NCBI GenBank assembly: GCA_016748015.1
Contig: JAAOMT010000003.1
Coordinates: forward strand, 1,120,373-1,184,372
DNA from: Geosiphon pyriformis uo1
Lineage: Eukaryota; Fungi; Glomeromycota
DNA: 64,000 nt
Direction of reading: 5' to 3'
Both the position numbers and the translations under genes were made by a program. Below, piece by piece: positions 62,096 to 64,000 of this stretch. Below the pieces are notes generated by a model. It was given only the letters and a program-made list of their open reading frames with translations, was not told the origin of the DNA and searched no databases. The first letter of the stretch is position 1. Each line of letters begins with the position of its first letter.

Positions 62096-62302
62096 TATAA
62101 CCATTCTCAGGTGAGGATATTCTTAGTGTCACATGGTACAATATTTTTTTATTATTTTCGCGTCACAGAATTTCTAGTCGTTTATGTTTGCTTGATTTTT
62201 CCCTCTTTGCAACACAAATCAACTTGCTAGAATCAATTCTTTGAACTTCTCAACTTATTGAGCATTTTCTAATTGGCTGCTTCGCCTGGCGGCAGGTCCC
62301 GT

Positions 62303-62975
62303 ATGCACGCGGACCTTTTTGGTACTTTAGTTTCCTTCGCACTTGGTTATCTTACCTGCCACTATAACTTGGTGAAGCAGTTGTACGAAGCTTGCAACGA
62401 CATACCTTCTACTACGCACAAGGTATATAAGCCATCGCTGCGTCTCACTTTTTTTATTCTAGAAGTCTCTCCATCTAAAGCCGCTCGAAATTTGTTTTCT
62501 CAAAGAATAAGAACCTCTTTGATTTACCGGCTGATCACCTAATATTTGGTTGAAGTTTTTGCGCATAACTGAACCTTCCCTCCTTATTTAAACAAACAGC
62601 GTCACCTTATATACGCTTTATTTGCTTTGACTATACTGTTTTTGCTGATTCTCTATCCACTTTATCGAATTGCAGACTACGAATCCAAAAGAGTAAGTAG
62701 TCAATTCAAAAAATTTTGATAATATTTTTATGTTCAATTTTTTTACCGCTTTTCAATTGTTGTATAGAGCGAAGGATATCCATACAGAACTTCTGCGAGA
62801 GAGCATTTGCAAAGACGCGGCAGTTTTTAGTATCTTACCAAGATCCGTTGACTCTATTTTTAGTAGAGTTGGCATTATATCGTGGCGAGATTTTCTGAAC
62901 CTGGAGGATGTAGGGTGTTTTAATTATTTGCGTATCTTGCAAAATTTAGAATTAGGGTGTGACTTTTCTGATTAA
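62303..62975 (+). CDS. Putative spliced small ORF (~115 aa, N-terminal hydrophobic segment) immediately upstream of GPI1
   Basis: Exons 62303-62422, 62676-62692 and 62768-62975 join in frame with GT-AG sites: MHADLFGTLVSFALGYLTCHY...HK|TTNPKE|AKDIHTELL... Confidence 0.4.
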
Positions 62976-63050
62976 GCTTTATTTTTGGCTTGTCAATTAG
63001 TAAGTTCTATATTTATGTAAAATTCTTTAAAGTTAAATCCTGGAGAAACA

Positions 63051-64000
63051 ATGAACACACCTGGAACAGTAATAAAAATATTTTGGCCCACCCATGTATG
63101 TTCATCTGAAACATCATCGGGTTTTTTGGTGGGGTGGAATGTGAGAAGTTTCACAATATGTGTCGCCGCGATAATATCCGACGTAAAGGTAAATTTACCG
63201 AAATTAAAGGCTTATAGTTATAAGAATTTAATAGAATTTAATATACTTGGTCTAGCTTAGAGATTTAGAATCTACCCTATCAGCGCTCTCAACCGATAAT
63301 CGATCATCTTTTGTTCATATGAGTGAAGTTTGTGGTGCTCCTCCAATTGTTTTAGGGTTTTTGACTGTGGATTCTGCTAGCGACTTTGAGACAGAGAGGA
63401 TATTTCATGTGGAAGGTGAATGCGGATAATTCGTATTGGCAGATGGATTCTTTTTTCTACGAAAACAATAAATATACCTGCTTATCAACCCACACAATTT
63501 TATACTTTATGGATGTGCTGTATAGATGTTTCTGAAAAAAGTAAGACAGCCAATTTATGGGTAACCGTTCACCTTCAGCACAACAATATGATCTCACTCA
63601 GGTGTGAATTTCTACACGAGAGACAATCCCATAAATGTGGGCTATTGCACATTTCGTTAATATATCTTCGTGTCGTAAAGATCTATCGATTGCTGCGGCT
63701 ATCGCTATTCTAGTGTCAGCGCGGAAATCATATTCTACAAACAGCCGAACCCTACATTGTTACAATATCTTTCCTTGGAACCTTTGGTGCTGGATATTTC
63801 AAAGAACAATCACAATAAAATGGAAAAGGAATCAATTACCATCAAGAACATGAAAAAAATTACGAATACACGAATACGCTCTTCAACAAAGCAGCAACTG
63901 AATAAGAGTAACCATGCGAATGATTTAGAACGAGTACTGAATCAGGTAAATATTCCTAATCTCGAATAGTTTTCACGATTCGAATGACTCCTGTGATTGT
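63051..64000 (+). CDS. GPI1: GPI-GlcNAc transferase subunit Gpi1/PIG-Q, 5' part
   Basis: IKIFWPTH...SGFLVGWN...CVAAII N-terminus and FYKQPNPTLLQYLSLEPLVL segment typical of fungal Gpi1; TM domain lies beyond the window. Confidence 0.75.

Noticed and set aside
1-64000. GPI-pathway gene cluster (BST1 and GPI1)
   Set aside because: About 59 kb apart with many unrelated genes between; no sign of functional clustering

Overview
Intron-rich fungal nuclear DNA. Gene content and TE families point to an early-diverging fungus (Glomeromycota/Mucoromycota, possibly Geosiphon-like); this is inferred from memory of similar proteins, not from a search. Compact housekeeping genes are present: BST1/PGAP1, NHP10-like, MMTAG2-like, CACUL1-like, a head-to-head RPS27/RPS16 pair, PHS1, HSP20, a HAD phosphatase, eEF2, an NTF2 + PPGG-repeat protein, a PH-FYVE protein and GPI1. 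They alternate with extremely AT-rich deserts and a 26-kb nested TE block. In that block an APE-RT-RNaseH LINE (31.3-57.1 kb) is split by two full-length, tail-to-tail Ty3/Gypsy elements with 4-bp TSDs. Two things stand out. (1) The Gypsy family has an apparently non-canonical, tricistronic layout shared by both diverged copies: a GUG-initiated extended Gag-PR-[multi-CxxC domain]-dUTPase-RT-RNaseH, then a stop, a separately initiated integrase ORF, and a non-Env ORF3. Its LTR carries an exactly 20-bp-periodic CpG motif array and covarying RNA hairpins. (2) Repeats show a transition-only (C>T/G>A) decay series, from LTR pairs differing only by transitions to a still-alignable ghost LTR of the same family inside the AT desert. 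This suggests a RIP-like repeat hypermutation process.
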